DNA of 64,000 nucleotides from Lama guanicoe (lineage: Eukaryota). The position numbers were made by a program, and so were the translations under genes. Below are positions 1 to 13,000 of the stretch, in pieces. Under the pieces are notes generated by a model, which saw only the letters and a list, made by a program, of their open reading frames with translations, was not told the origin of the DNA and ran no database searches. Numbering within the stretch: position 1 is the first letter of the stretch; each line of letters starts with the position of its first letter. Where the stretch lies: positions 124,001 through 188,000 of the forward strand of contig MU055744.1 in assembly GCA_013239625.1 (NCBI GenBank). The letters are read 5' to 3'.

Positions 1-16
1 CCAGGCTGTCCTGCAG

Positions 17-260
17 TGGGGCGGAGGACCGGCACGGCTACATCTGGGACCGCCACTACAACATCTGCCTGGCCAAGCTGCAGCACCAGGACGTGGTCAA
101 CTCAGTGGTCTTCAGCCCCCAGGAGCAGGAGCTCCTGCTGACAGCCAGCGACGATGCCACCATCAAGGCCTGGCGCTCACCACGCGCTGTACGTGTCCAT
201 CAGGCCCGGCGCCCCCGCCCACGCCCCTTCTTCTCCTGGTTTGCCAGCCAGCGGCGCTGA
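17..260 (+). CDS. FBXW5: F-box/WD repeat protein 5, last coding exon (gene starts upstream of window)
   Basis: Acceptor ctgcag ends at 16. The exon reads (S)GAEDRHGYIWDRHYNICLAKLQHQDVVNSVVFSPQEQELLLTASDDATIKAWRSPRAVRVHQARRPRPRPFFSWFASQRR* with TGA at 258-260. WD40 signature; matches the recalled FBXW5 C-terminus; tail-to-tail with TRAF2 as in human. Confidence 0.95.
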
Positions 261-767
261 GGGGCACTGGGACCCACCAAGGACACGACAGAGGCCCGTG
301 GCCCTTTGCCGGGCTCTGGGCTGCTGCCCCAAACACACTGGGTGGCAGAGAAACTTGCAGCAGTAATGCCTTAGGAAGGGGGGTCTAGCAGGGCCGCAGG
401 GAGGGGACGGCCCGGCCCCGCCACGCTCGCACATGCACACCCCCTCCCACAGCTGTGATGCTCGTACTGGGCAGCCAGGCTGTCTCCTGGCTGGCTTGGG
501 GTGCACAAGACACTGGGGGCCTCTGCCCTTCACCCACTCTCTTCCCCTGGGCCTGGGCCTGGGCCCTGGGCCGGTCAGTATGACATGTTCCAGTATGACA
601 TGTCCAGCCACCCTGCAGGGCCCTGCTGGTGTCTGCTGGGCCGAATGTGGCCCAGGCAGCCCAGGCTCCCTCCTCTGGGAACTGTCCAGCAAGCAGGGTC
701 GAGGTGCAGGGCAGGCTACAGTGGGCCCAGGGGACATGCATGTCACTGGTCACGTATTCAGGGTCTG

Positions 768-773
768 AATAAA
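768..773 (+). terminator. FBXW5 polyadenylation signal AATAAA
   Basis: First AATAAA I found downstream of the stop, about 510 nt after it. Confidence 0.7.
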
Positions 774-2399
774 CAGTTGGCAACAGCACATGGCCGTCCA
801 GTCTCTGTGCAGGGAGGGCCCGTGGGCTCTCATCCTGCCTGCTAGACAGGAGGCGGGATGCCCGAGGCCGCACTGGAGCTGCCCTGAACTGGCCAGCGTG
901 ACTCGAGTGTGTTCCTGGCTGCTGCTCCCACCGCCTCTGAGGAGAAGAGGCCCCGAGTGCAGAGGCCCCTGAGCACGTCCGCCACACCGTGCACACCCTG
1001 CCAGCAAGGGGACACAAAGGGACACTCAACCTGGCAAGTCTAGGCAACAAGCAGCGGGCTGGGAGGGGCCAGGTGGGGGAAGCAGGAGGGGCTGTGTCCA
1101 CCCGGTGAGGACAGGAGGGCAAAGTGCCCAGAAGAGCCAGCCACCAGCACAGGCCACACACCGAGGCTGGAGCCCCAGGCCCCTGGGTTTGTCTTAGAAC
1201 CAGCAGATAGGTGAGAACAGGGAAAGGGGGAAGCTGGAGCGCTCTGCCCAGGACACGCCTGGAACCATGGACAGGAGCCAGCAAGCCCCCAGGTGCAGCC
1301 GTGCTCCGGAGGAGCTGCAAGGTAGCACGATTTCTGGGAGAGACTTAAGATGTGTCTATAAAGCCAACAAGGAAACCTACAGAAGTCCCTAAAACAAAAT
1401 CAGGGGAACAGGAATCAAGAACACACAGAAGCTGAAAAATTAAGAAGGAACCAACGGAGAACATGTAGCGTGATCCAAATTAGCTCCGTGCAGGGGAGAG
1501 GGCTGGCCAGGCCTGCCTCATGTGACCACGGGGAAGCGGAAGGGAGGAAGAAGCAGATACGCTGTCGGGGGGCGGGCAGACGTGTGGACGCGGGCCTGAG
1601 CGTGTGAAGACGGACCCCAGAACACGTGTGCCGAGGTCTGACCGAGCAGGGGAACCACACGCTCAGTGCGGATGTGAGCCTGCGTCCCGGCACGGAGACC
1701 GAGGAGCCTCAGAGCTCGGAGCGGGGGCTCGGGGAGCAGACACGGGGCCCCGTGCCTCCCGCGGTGCCGCCGAAGGGCAGAGGCGAAGGGCGCTGCAGCA
1801 GGTGGGTCAGGAGTGGCAGCAGAGGCAGCACGTCCTGCAGGCACTCACCCCCTCACCCCGGTACCTGGCCCAGCCCAGCGCAGCCGTCAGCATGGAAGTC
1901 AGCAGCCGGGAGCAGCCTCGTGAAGCTGGGCGAGTGAGGAAGGGTCCCGGCTTTGTTGTGCCCCCTTTTCCTTTGGTGCCAGGTGATCCCCTGGGGCCGC
2001 GGGGACGCACAGGAGCCTTGCTTGCTGTGCGGACTGCTGCGAGTCCAAGAGCCCCTGTCCCTTTGCTCTCTGCTCTCCTGCTGCATGGGCCCAGGTGTGA
2101 CCGGACCAAGGACGGGCGCAACACAGAGGAGGGTAGTAAGAGCCAGGCCTCGGGCTGAGCCCAGACGCAGTGCCGGCACCCAGACCAGAGGCAGCAGCCT
2201 GGGAAACAGCCCACAAAGTGGTCCTGAGCGCCCAGGATTCCCCTCGGGCTGCAGGTCAGACCCCAGGCTCTGAGAGCCTCTGCAGAGCAGCACCTGAGTC
2301 CCAGCTGGGAACTGGGCCATGCACACGCAGGGCACAGCTCTGGGGCCTGGGCTGACACTCGGTCCGGCCCACAGATGGCAGTGGACGTGGGCCTGAGCC

Positions 2400-5300
2400 T
2401 AACCAGACCCAGGGCCTGTGAAGCAAAGGCATCAATCTTCTCCACAGGATTTCAACCAGACCCAGATCTGATGAAGTCACACTCAGAGCTGCAGAACATA
2501 CCCCACAGGTACTTACTAGCACGCAAAGAACTGAAAAGTCCAGCTCCAGAGAAAGGACGCTGAGCAGGTGCCAAGGGCCGCCAGGTTGTCTGAGACTCTG
2601 GTAGCCGTTACACACTGCTGGAACAGGCAATCGCACACACTTTGCAATGGATTTTAAGATGTAAACATCTCAGCAAAGAAACAAAAATTAAAATAACCAA
2701 AACTTAAAACTCACTAATTGACTCAGTAGCAGAACGGAGACATCAGAGGAGTCAGTGAACTCGACTAAAGACAGAACAACTGAAATTCTCCAACCAGTAC
2801 CAAGAGAAAAACGGATATCTAAAGAAAAATCAGTGCCGCAAGGACCTGTGGGACGAAAGTCAAGTTCTAACGTTTGTGTCACTGGAGCCTGAGAGGAGAG
2901 GAGGAAGAGCTTTGAAGAAATAATGGCTGAGAACTTCTCCAAATACAGCGAAAGACATAAACCTACAGGTTTAAGAAGCCGAGCAAACCTAACACAGGAC
3001 AAACCCAAAGACACCCACAGCCAGACACGTCACGCCAAACTGCTGAACGCTGAGACGAAGAGTCACGAAGCAGTGAGACATCACACCTAGGCCCAGGGGA
3101 GCAGCGGTGTGGGCGCCCGCAGGCTTCTCAGCAGCAGCCACGGAGGCCACAGGAAGCGGCACAAGACGTTTTAAACGCCGGGGAACAGGACAGGCTGTCG
3201 GCCCAGAATTCTGTATTCAGTGAAAACCACCTGCTTTAGTAGAACTGCCAGTGCTGGCTCTTCTGACAGGAAGGAAATGGTGTCAGGAGGAAACGCAGAA
3301 CGTCGCCATGAGGGAACCGCGGCACAGACGGTTAATGGACTCCGTCCTTTGGATGTGTCTGCGGCTGAGGGGAAGTCGGCTATGACATCGTCTGGTGACG
3401 CTGACAGCACGCACAGCGACATGGGGGGGCAAGAAGGGGTCCAGGGGTGGAAGGTCTCTACGTCCCAGTTAAGAGAAGAATACTCGTTCCAAGTCAACTG
3501 TCAAAAACGGAGGATGTCGTGACCCTTAGGACAACCACTAAAACTGCAGAGTCAGAGGCACAACAGATACACTAAAATTGAACACTAAAAAACATTCAAA
3601 AAATTCTACAACATTATAGGCAGGAAACGGAGAAACAAAACCAGAGATGGAACCAACAGAAAACAAACACAAAGTGGTAAAATTACATCCAGCATATCAG
3701 TAGTTCTGTTATTGTCACAGTAAAGCAAAACAAAACAAAACAACCCCTGCAGTCCAACCATGCCATCGGAAGCTGACTCCAATGTAACACAGGTTGGTTA
3801 TGAGTAAAGGGTGGGGACCCTTACGCCGCAAAAGCACCAGTAAGAACCAGCAGGACTGGCCATGTTGACGTCAAAGCACATTTCAGAAAGTTTCTCCCTG
3901 GGCAAAGAGGGGCACCGCGCGATGGCACAAGGGCACCCTCCCCAGGAAGAGAGAACCGGCCTCAATGTCTGTGCGCCTCGCTACGGGGCCTCAATCGCAC
4001 GAGGCGGACGGCGTCAGAACCGAGAAGGAATGAGACGCGTCCACGGTGCAGGCGGAGACTAAGCGCTCCTCCCTCAGCGGGAGAGGAACCCAGCAGGCGG
4101 ACAGGCCTCAGGATGCACAGGGACTGACACCCTCCGTGTTGGTGTGCTCAGCTGCCACAACGAAGCACCACTGACTGGGAGCTGAACACAGCAGGATTTC
4201 TCGTCTCATAGTTTGGAGGCCGGAAGTCCAAGGTGAGGGTGCTGACAGGGCCACACTTTCCAGGGCGAGACCCTTCCTTGTCTCTCCCCAGGCTCTGGTG
4301 GTTTGCTGGCAATCTTCGGTGCTCCTTGACTTGTCTCCACAGGGCCGTCCCCTCCCCGAGTCTCCTCACATCATCTTCTCTCAGGGCATGTCTGTGTCCA
4401 CACTTCCCCCTTTTAGGACACCCCCTAATGACCTCATTTTAACTTGATGACCTCTGTAAGGACCCTGTTTCCAAATTAAGGTCATGTTCTGAGTAACTGT
4501 GAGGTAGGACTTCAACATATCCTTTTAGGGTGGGGGGCATACGGTTCCACCCACAACAGTTACCAACCAGCTGAATCTAACTGGCGCGTTCAGTACAGTC
4601 CGCCCGGCAACAGAACACACGTTCTTTTCAAGTTCACGTGGGGCATCCGCCACAGCCTGTGTCACAGAACAAGCCTCGGCAAACATGTCAACACTTCCAG
4701 ACTCCTTCTATTTAAGACCAGCATGACCCCCAGACCAAAGCCAGGCAAAGGCTACAAAACAGAAATACAGACAAATACCCCTCACAGACAGAGCTGTGAC
4801 GTGCTCCACAAGATGCTAGTAAACCAAATCAGCAATGTGCAAAATGAACACCACACCACACCCAAGCGGGGTCTACCCCAGGAATGCAAGGCTGGTTCAG
4901 TATTTGGAGCTCGATCAGTGCAGCCAGCTTATCAACGGCAGAAACAGCATAGGAGAAAAGCCACTTGGACATGTCACTTGATGCAGTAAACGCAGGTGGC
5001 AGAGCATCTGGACATGATAAAAACTCAGCAAACAAGGAGTAGAAGGAACTTGCTCAACCTGATAAATGCCACTGACGAAAAATCTATAGGTAGCATTGTA
5101 CTCAGTGGTGGAAGAGGATGCCTTCCCCAAGCCCGCGAACACGGCGGGACCTCGGTCTCACCTGTTCAGGCTGGGAGGAGGGCTGGGCCCGAGGGACAAG
5201 GCAGATGAGAGGAATGAAAGGCACAGGGACTGGGAAAGAGGCATTGAAACTGCCCCCTTCACAGACAATCAGCTGAGGCATAAAATGCCCCAAACCCATA

Positions 5301-6200
5301 CACACAAATCCAGCCAGCTTCCAGAAACAGTGCGTTTTCAACCAAGCAGGATATAAAAACAGCACACAGAAGTCAATTGTGTTTCTGAACAACAGGAACA
5401 TGACTGGAAGCCAAAATTTAAAAATAACCCCTCTCTACAGTAGCTCGAAGAAGAAACGCTTCGGTCTAAACCTAACGAAACACGTGTAGGGCATGTGTGT
5501 CAAGTCCTACAAAGGGATGATTTACAAAAGAATCCAGAGATCTAAACGGAGACCAATTACGTTTCGGGACTGGAAGACTCAGCTTTGATGTCAATGTTTC
5601 CTAAATTCATCTACACAGTCAATGCAGTTCCAACCAAAATCCTAGCAAGTCTTCTCGTTACATAGATTCTGGTAAGATGATTCTAAAATTTATATCTATT
5701 GGCAAAGAAACAAAAACAGCTGGAACAATTCTGAAAGGCAAGAAGAAAGTTGGAGGAATCACACCAATTGAGTTGACCTGTAACACATACTCCTCAAGAC
5801 AGAGTGGTGCTGGAAAAGCAACAGGTGCACAGATTAATGGAACGACAGACCACACAAATGCGGTGACTGAGCACTTCTGTACAGATGCACGAAACAAGGC
5901 AAGAGGAAAGGGAGGCTACAGTGGAAGGTGTGGTCCTACAACAGGTACGCATCCACATGCAAGAAATGTGAACCCAGACTTACACCTCGCACCCCACACA
6001 AGGCCCAACTCAAAATGCGGCATGGATCGGAGCATAAATGTAAACAGCGCACGCTTCTGTGAGACACCCTGGAACCCCGTCGTAACCTGGTGGTAGGCAA
6101 AGAACTCTCAGGCGTGACACTAAAAGCATAATCTGTGTTAGGAAAAGCTGGTAAAACAGGACTTCATAAAAAAAGGCTTAAAAATGAGTAAGACACAGAC
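2400..6200 (+). mobile_element. Ancient L1M-type LINE relic (ORF1 then ORF2 remnants), interrupted by an MLT1 LTR
   Basis: A-rich plus strand. ORF1-like text gaagaaataatggctgagaacttctccaaa near 2915. RT-region motif PGMQGWFSI (ccaggaatgcaaggctggttcagtatt) near 4878. ORF2 C-terminal-like MILKFI near 5677. Many stops and frameshifts; boundaries approximate. Confidence 0.8.
4136..4558. mobile_element. MaLR solo LTR (MLT1-like) nested in L1
   Basis: Characteristic MLT1 phrases: tctcatagtttggaggccggaagtccaag, taatgacctcattttaacttgatgacctctgtaaggaccctgtttccaaat, and an end cccacaaca. Confidence 0.75.
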
Positions 6201-6349
6201 ACTTCACCAAAGATGTTCACCATCACTCGACGTCAAGGAAGCGCAGATCACAACCAGTGCAAACAAAACCCAGCGGCACCACGTGCTCCCGGACGTGGGA
6301 GCAACTGGGACCAAGACTTGCTCTGGTGAGAGCGGGAGGGTGCAGCCGC

Positions 6350-6675
6350 TGCCTCAGCCAGCTCAAGCTGCGTAACAAAACGCCACAGACCTAGCGGCTT
6401 ACAAACAGCAGACTTCTTCCTCGCAGTTCTGGAGGCTGAACTGAGAACTGAGGCTGCGAGTGGGAGCCGGCCTGGTAGGGTTGCAGACTAGGCACCAGGT
6501 CCCCGTGGGGAAGAAAGGGGCTTGTGGGGCCCGCTTTGGGGGTACTCGCCCCATCCCGAGGCTCTGCCCTCACAATCTCATCACCTCCCGAAGGCCTCCC
6601 CTCCATCCGCCGTCGCCTTGGGGGTTAGGTTTCAGCACGTGAATTTGGAAGGGACGCAAACATTCAGACCACAGG
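6350..6675. mobile_element. MaLR solo LTR (MLT1A-like)
   Basis: gctgcgtaacaaaacgccacagac, cagttctggaggctg, and ttgggggttaggtttcagcacgtgaatttggaagggacgcaaacattcagaccacag. Confidence 0.7.
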
Positions 6676-6679
6676 TTCT

Positions 6680-9060
6680 CATGCCTTTAAACTACACTGA
6701 CTGCACGAGCCAGCAGCCCGTGGGGAAGGCAAGCGAGCCCAGGCCCGGCGACAACAGAGCTGAGTCTCACAGCGGCTCTGATCGCACCTGCAGACGCCTG
6801 GGAAGCACTTGCTACCCTCCAGCAGCCGTGCAGACGGACTGCCTGTGGCCCATCCGCACCGTGGGTTGCCGCGCAGCCGAGGACCAGAATTCTAGTGACA
6901 TCACGTCGGACCCCAGAGGCGTTCGGCTGAGCAGAAGCAGCCAGTCTCAGAGGTTTCACACTACGACTCCATCTGTACAACGTCCTTGGAAAGACAGAAC
7001 TGCAGCGACGGAGAACAGGTTGTCACCATGGGGTCATAGGTGGGGGACCAAAGGGACAGCATCGAGACAGATGGTGGAGATGCCGTATTCTGGTCAGGGC
7101 GGTGCTGTCGTCAGCCTACACGTGTTAAACCTCAGAGCTGCACCCCAAGAGCATCGTGAGCCAGTTCTACTCTGTGATAGTATTTAAAAGCCCTTAGGGA
7201 GAAAACACATTTTACTCGTAAGAAGGGTAACAAACTAGCAGCAGACGTTTCATCTGCAACAGGCCCAGGTGACACTGGACCCGCAGCTTCAAAGTGCTGG
7301 GGGAAAAAACCACCAACCCAGAATTCTAAGCCCAGATAATCAGTATCAGAAGCACGGGTGAAATAAAGACACCCACAGTCACAGGAAGGTGGTACCCTTT
7401 CTCCAGACGAGGAACACCACGGGCACAGGTCAGCTTAGCTCAAACGGCACACACGAAGCTATGACCTTTGCTGGGTGTTTTTAACTAATTATTTTGTGCA
7501 GTTAAGAGATGAGATGGAACTAAGATTCTAGCAACCACATGGGGAAGACAAGGGAGTAGGTGGTCCAATGAAGGCGTAAATGAAAGATCGTGCCCCGGGG
7601 GAGAGGCAGGGGGTGCCACCTCTCTGGGAGATAACGGGGTGGGTGCTCCTCCAGCAGTTTCCAGGGGAGGCACCGCTGTCCATACTAAGATCTGCACGCG
7701 ACACCAGAGGGGGAACCACGCTCCAGTCCATTACCGTGTGTGGATGGAATGCGGCCCATCTGTACAACGGAGCATCGTTCAAGCTGCGGAACCTTGAAAC
7801 CTTGATGCTCCGAGAAGTCAGATGTAAAAGGCAGGCTGGATGCATCCAGCTATGTGAACGTCTGGAGGTGAGCAGGGCCTGCTGCTCCCTGGGCTGGGCC
7901 AGGTGCCATACCAGGCCTGCTCCTGGTCGCCCAACTGAGCACCCCTTTTCCCTGGGTCACTGGTTTCCCTGCGGATATGTCTCCATGGCAGCTCCCAGTG
8001 AGGGGAGAGGGGTGGCCCCCGCAGATCCGGGTGGAGACTCTGCTCCCTCCTCCCGAACCCTGACCCTGCCCTCCTGCGCATCACGATGCCTCTGTGATGC
8101 CTCTGCGAGCCCCCTAGATGGAGGACCCCCCCACTGCCTGCAGTACCCCAGCCTCCCTCCCAGCGCCGCCCTCCCCCCAGCCCCTCCGCGGGTGAGCACC
8201 TTGCTACTCCTCTCACTTCACTGCAGTTTCATTTTAAGGGTAAGGAAAAACACTCACTCATCTCCTTGGTCTAACCTGGACTGACCTAATGGAAAATACA
8301 TGCATCTATACATATACATATATACATATACACACGTGTGCACAAACACCATTACACAAATACATTTCCAATGTAAAAACCCAGAACGTTAAAAGCAAAA
8401 CTTTAAAACCATCAGAACAGTGTTTTTCAAGCCTGGGGAAGGTTAGGGTTTCTGGAACACGCGGTCGGCGGCAGCACTGTTGACAAAGGAGAGGGCCCAG
8501 CGCCGATGGTACAAGGCTCCCACCTCTGCACACACCTCCACACAGTTCAAGACACGCTCCAGGCCCAGGTCCCGGGAACAGTGGGGACTCCACCAGGAGA
8601 CGCACGGGACCCGCCCCCACAGGGGTCCCGGGGGAGCAGGCAGCCTGCAGTGCTGGGAACACTCCTCCTCAGGGAGGTCTGCGCTGGGGTGGGGACATGG
8701 AGGGAGGTGACAAGCCGGATGCCAACACGCCAGGCTTTACAAAGTGGAGGGGGAGCTGCCTGCAGGGAACTCGGTGTCCGAGACCCAGTCGGCTCACAGA
8801 TACGCACGTCTTACGAGTGCCCGCCAAGACGTACAGAAACAAAAATTACAGCTCAGAACCCTGTGAGGACGGTGCCGTGGGCAGCTTAGGTGAGACAACG
8901 GAAAGGGGGTGAAAGGACTTCAACTTTCCTGCAACGTTTCCTTTTAATTAAAATACGTACATGATTCAAAATGTGCACAACTGTTAGTTCCGGGAGGTGG
9001 ACACAAGGAGCTTTTTCACCGTTCTCCGTGCGTTTCTATGCCTAACTCCTCAAAATAGAG
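6680..9060 (+). mobile_element. Patchwork of degraded L1 3'-end and ORF fragments
   Basis: L1M 3'-UTR-like phrases near 6940-7190 and 7740-7870, and ORF-like A-rich pieces near 7200-7380 and 8370-8450. Low identity; boundaries approximate. Confidence 0.45.
8297..8345. repeat. Imperfect (TA/CA)n microsatellite
   Basis: tacatgcatctatacatatacatatatacatatacacacgtgtgcac. Confidence 0.6.
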
Positions 9061-9633
9061 AAGTGACTGACGTCGAGGGGAAGACCCCAGACTCTGGAGT
9101 CGCTCCCTCCTGGTCACCAGTGTGACCGGTGGGGACAGCTGCTGGCCAGCACCTGAGTGGAGCTGCACCCGCTCCACACCCCCAGCCAAGACCCAGCCCG
9201 GGCCCAGCAGATCCTCTGAGCTCAGGGCGCTGCCTGCAAGTCAGGGGCTCCCTGTCCTGGAGCAGCAGCCCTCGTCAGGTCCCCAAATGCAGCTGAAGCC
9301 ACTGGCCATTCTCCTAGGCCCAGGGGGTCCCTGCATGAAGGGACGGGCAGGCCAAAATGGGGGGCGCACATGTGGCCCTGCTGCAAAGACAGCCCCTAGG
9401 AGGGCCTGAGGGATGAAGAAGAGCGCCCAGCGAACAGCTCCAGGAGAGAGAAGGCCGATTTCACCAAGGCCCGCGGGAGCGAGCGTGGAGCGTCTGGGAA
9501 CCCACGTCACTGCTCAGGGAGCTGGGGAAACACAGCAGGGGTGTGGAGGGCAGGAAGCCAGGCGGCCCTGCCAGGGTCCCCACCGCCCAGGCCAGAGCCA
9601 ACCAGACACCACTCACCACAGGGATTTCAGGGT

Positions 9634-9639
9634 TTTAGT
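9634..9639 (-). terminator. Candidate TRAF2 polyadenylation signal, variant ACTAAA
   Basis: Minus strand reads CACTAAAACCCTGAAATCCC then GU-rich TGTGGTGAGTGGTGTCTGGTTGG, about 410 nt after the stop. I saw no AATAAA closer to the stop. Confidence 0.45.
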
Positions 9640-10049
9640 GACGCCTTCTCCACGCCTGGTGGGGCTGAATGCGGCCCCGTGTGCCGCCGGGCCAAGGACT
9701 CGAGGCGCCCTCCCCCACGGTGGCCTGGCCTGGTTGGCAGCCAGGCCTGAGACTGTCCCTCTCTCCACAGGCCCCTCACTGTGGCCGGGGGGCTGCCCAC
9801 CTCCCTCCGCTCACCGGCCCTGGCAGCCCCTGCGGCACCCCGAGCGCACTGAGCGCCCGCACTGACCGCCTGCAGAAGGCGCACGCAGGCCCTCGGCCCG
9901 CCTCCCGCAGCCCGGGGCTGGGCCCTCTCCTGGGAGGCAGCCCCTTCCCAGGAGGACATGAACTCGGCGGGCGCCCGCCCGCCCGCAGCGAGGCGCGGGC
10001 CCAGTGCACTGGCCCCTTCCTGAGCCGTGGCCCCGAGCAGGGGAAGTGG

Positions 10050-13000
10050 CTACAGCCCCGTCAGGTCCACGATGGCCTTGATGAAGATGGCGTCGTCACG
10101 CACGTAGGAGCTCTTGGCCTCCATCTTGGAGACGGGGCAGAAGAGCGGGCAGCCGCTGGCGATGTTCATGTCACTGACCGGCCTCTGGAAAGAGGACGAG
10201 GTCACGTCGGGCCTGAAGGCATCGATCACGTGCTCCCGGTTGTTCTGGTCGAGCAGCATCAGAGTCACCTGGGAGGACAGCACCCGTGAGCCCCAGCCGG
10301 CCCGCGCAGGGAAGCCCCTCGGCTGCTGCGTGCTGGGACCACGGCGTCAGCCCCTGTCCGGCAACCTGCACCTGTTCTGGTGCTTTCTGTGCGCTGACGC
10401 CAGGGACCCGAGCTGACACCCAGCACCACAGCCCTGCGTTCACCTGTGCTTTTTCTTAACAACACCCGACTGATGATGTTCTCTCACCAACGGGCTCACA
10501 CAGCCGCCCCCCAACCACCCCCTGGGCAGCACTCCTCAGGGAGAGGCGGGGCTCGGCTCGTGCTCTGCAATGTCACAGCGTCCGGCTGCCCTGGTCCCTG
10601 GAGCACCAGCCCCCACCCCAGTGGCTCCGCTTTCCAAGGGATACGGCTGCGCCCTCAGGTAACGGCTCCCTCCTTTAAAACAGTCTCTAGGGGTCACTTC
10701 TGACTGCTGGTCCTGACGGCTGTGAGGCCAGTAGCCGGCCTGGCGGTGTGGCCGGAGAAACGAGTGCCGCCCTAGCCCTCCACCGTGGTGACTCCAGAGC
10801 CTGAGTGCCTGCCCCACACCTGCCACCCTGAGGGCTTCCCAGGTGCCCCCAGCCTCGCGCACCTTCTGGTTGAAGGGCCACCGCAGGAGAGCGTCGTTGG
10901 GGCCCTTCATCAGCACGAAGAAGAGAGACAGGTGCGTCCCGCGCCCCGTGCCGTCCCCGTTCAGGTAGGCGCGCAGGCACATCTTGTAGCCGTACCTGCT
11001 CGTGTAGAAGGCTGCGGGGGAGGCACCGGTGAGCCCTGCCTGCAGGCTTGGCCTGCCCGCCACCGCCCCGGGCACACACTGGAAGGGGCCTTTTCCCTCC
11101 AGGTGTGCAAAGTTGGTTGCTAGTGAAAACAAGTTTCTTTCGGAAAGAAAAGTCACGATCAGCAGCAGCACTTTAAAACCCCTGCCTATTTGCCACACTG
11201 GCCGTGCTGTCAGCTGTGAGCCAGAGCTGCAGGGCCGCCAGGATGGCAGGTCAGCACCACCGGCTGGGGCTCTGGGCAAAGGGGCCGTGTCGGCCCAGGC
11301 CCGGCCCAGACACACCGGACATCCAACAGGGTGCGGAGAGAAGCAACTGCCAAACACCGTGACAGCTGCCTCTTAAGTAACAAGACACGACCCCGCGGGC
11401 AGGTGGCCTACAGACCGCATTTCTGACTGCTTTCCGGCGGCACCTCCGCAGCCCACCTCCCCTCAGGGCCCTGCAGCCCAAGTTCGCGCCCGAGATGCGC
11501 CAGGCAGGCCAGGCCAGGCAGCCTCTGCCAAAGCAGAGGCCCCTGCCCACCCGGACCCTCCCTTCCTGCCCCATCAAGTCACACAGGAGGAGCGCCTGCA
11601 CCCGCTCAGCCAGACTTGGGACATGCGACTCCAACAGCAGGTTCACTAGAATGAAGGGCACGTGTGCACAGCCCACCGACCGCGGGGTCCACCACCGGGG
11701 AGGCGTGAGCAGGGAAGACAACGGCCAGATGGCCGCCGTGCACACAGTTAGGGCCTCACTGGGGGCGCCGGGGGAGGGACTGGCAGGAAGGCAGGGGCCC
11801 CCTCTGCAGAAGTACCCTGAGAAAACCCCCCGAGCGCCCCCGACAGTCAGGGACGAGAGAGGCTGAGAAACGGTAGCACGTGAGCCTCGCCCAGCTGTCC
11901 TCCTCCTGGTCCCCATCACTCCGCCTGTGGCCCCACAGCCGGGGGGCGCTGAGGGGAGGCCGGCTCGCTGGGAGGGCCCGGCCTGGGGGACTTGTCACCC
12001 CTCACCCTCTCAGAGGCGCAGCTGCTCCTGGCCTCAGCAGGAGGCAGACTCTAGCCTGGGGGACACGGTGTCCGGGGCACCCAGTGTAGAGGGACAAGTT
12101 CCAGAATGGCACCTGGGGAGAAGATAGCAGGCGTGCGGCCTGCCACAGCTTCCTGGCGCTTCCTGGCGAAGTCAGAGATCTTCCAGATGAACACTCCATC
12201 GAAGGTGGACGCCTCCATCTCGTGGACCTTCTGCTCCAGGTCGGCCATCGCCAGGTCCTTCAGGCCAATGCTCCTCTCGAGTTGCTGCACCTGCAGCACC
12301 AGGGCCGTGAGGACATGCCTGCTGGGCAACGGGCCAGACAGGGCCTCCACGGAGACCACCTCCTGTCTCGCAGGAGTGTGGGTGCGCCCACCTCCCCCCA
12401 AGTCTGCCAAAGGAAGGGAGGGCCTCTCCCAGCACCCCAGCCTTCCCCTGGTTCAGTTTCTCTCAGATCAGCTCCACACCCACAAGACCCTCAACCTCAC
12501 AAGGAAACTCGCTCACAGGACCCACACAAAGCCCGAGGCACATTCCCACCGCTACATCTGCCCCCAGGTTGGAGAAGAGGCTCCACTGGCAGCCCGTCTA
12601 GGCCCGAGTCGGGTCCCTCAGGAAACGGGGCTCAGAGAGGGGCTCCGCTCAGACACAGGAGGCACAGCAGAGCACGGAGAGCGTGCTGGAAACCCAGGCA
12701 CTGCTCTGAAGCCCCGAGCCCAGGCACCTGCCTGACGGGGCCCGGGCACCGCAGGCAAGCGCCCCCCGCCCCTGGGCACCAACCTTGTTACTCAGGGCTT
12801 CGATCCGGTCCTGGTCCAGCCGGTGCTGCCGACCACAGGCCTCGGCGGTCACGGCCACCCTCTCCACCTCCCGGTTCAGCACGCAGACGATGTTCTCAAA
12901 GGTAGCCGTCTTACGCTCCAGGGCCTCGCACCTCTGCAGTAGCTCTGCGGCCGCGGAGAGCCCCATCCCCGGGCCCAGCGTGATGGCGTCCCAGCCACCC

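Noticed and set aside
385-2445. Multiple 100-311 aa ORFs downstream of FBXW5
   Set aside because: GC-rich UTR and intergenic DNA with no recognisable protein family or splice structure.
5677-6096. 139-aa ORF beginning MILKFISIGK
   Set aside because: Degraded L1 ORF2 fragment, not a host gene.
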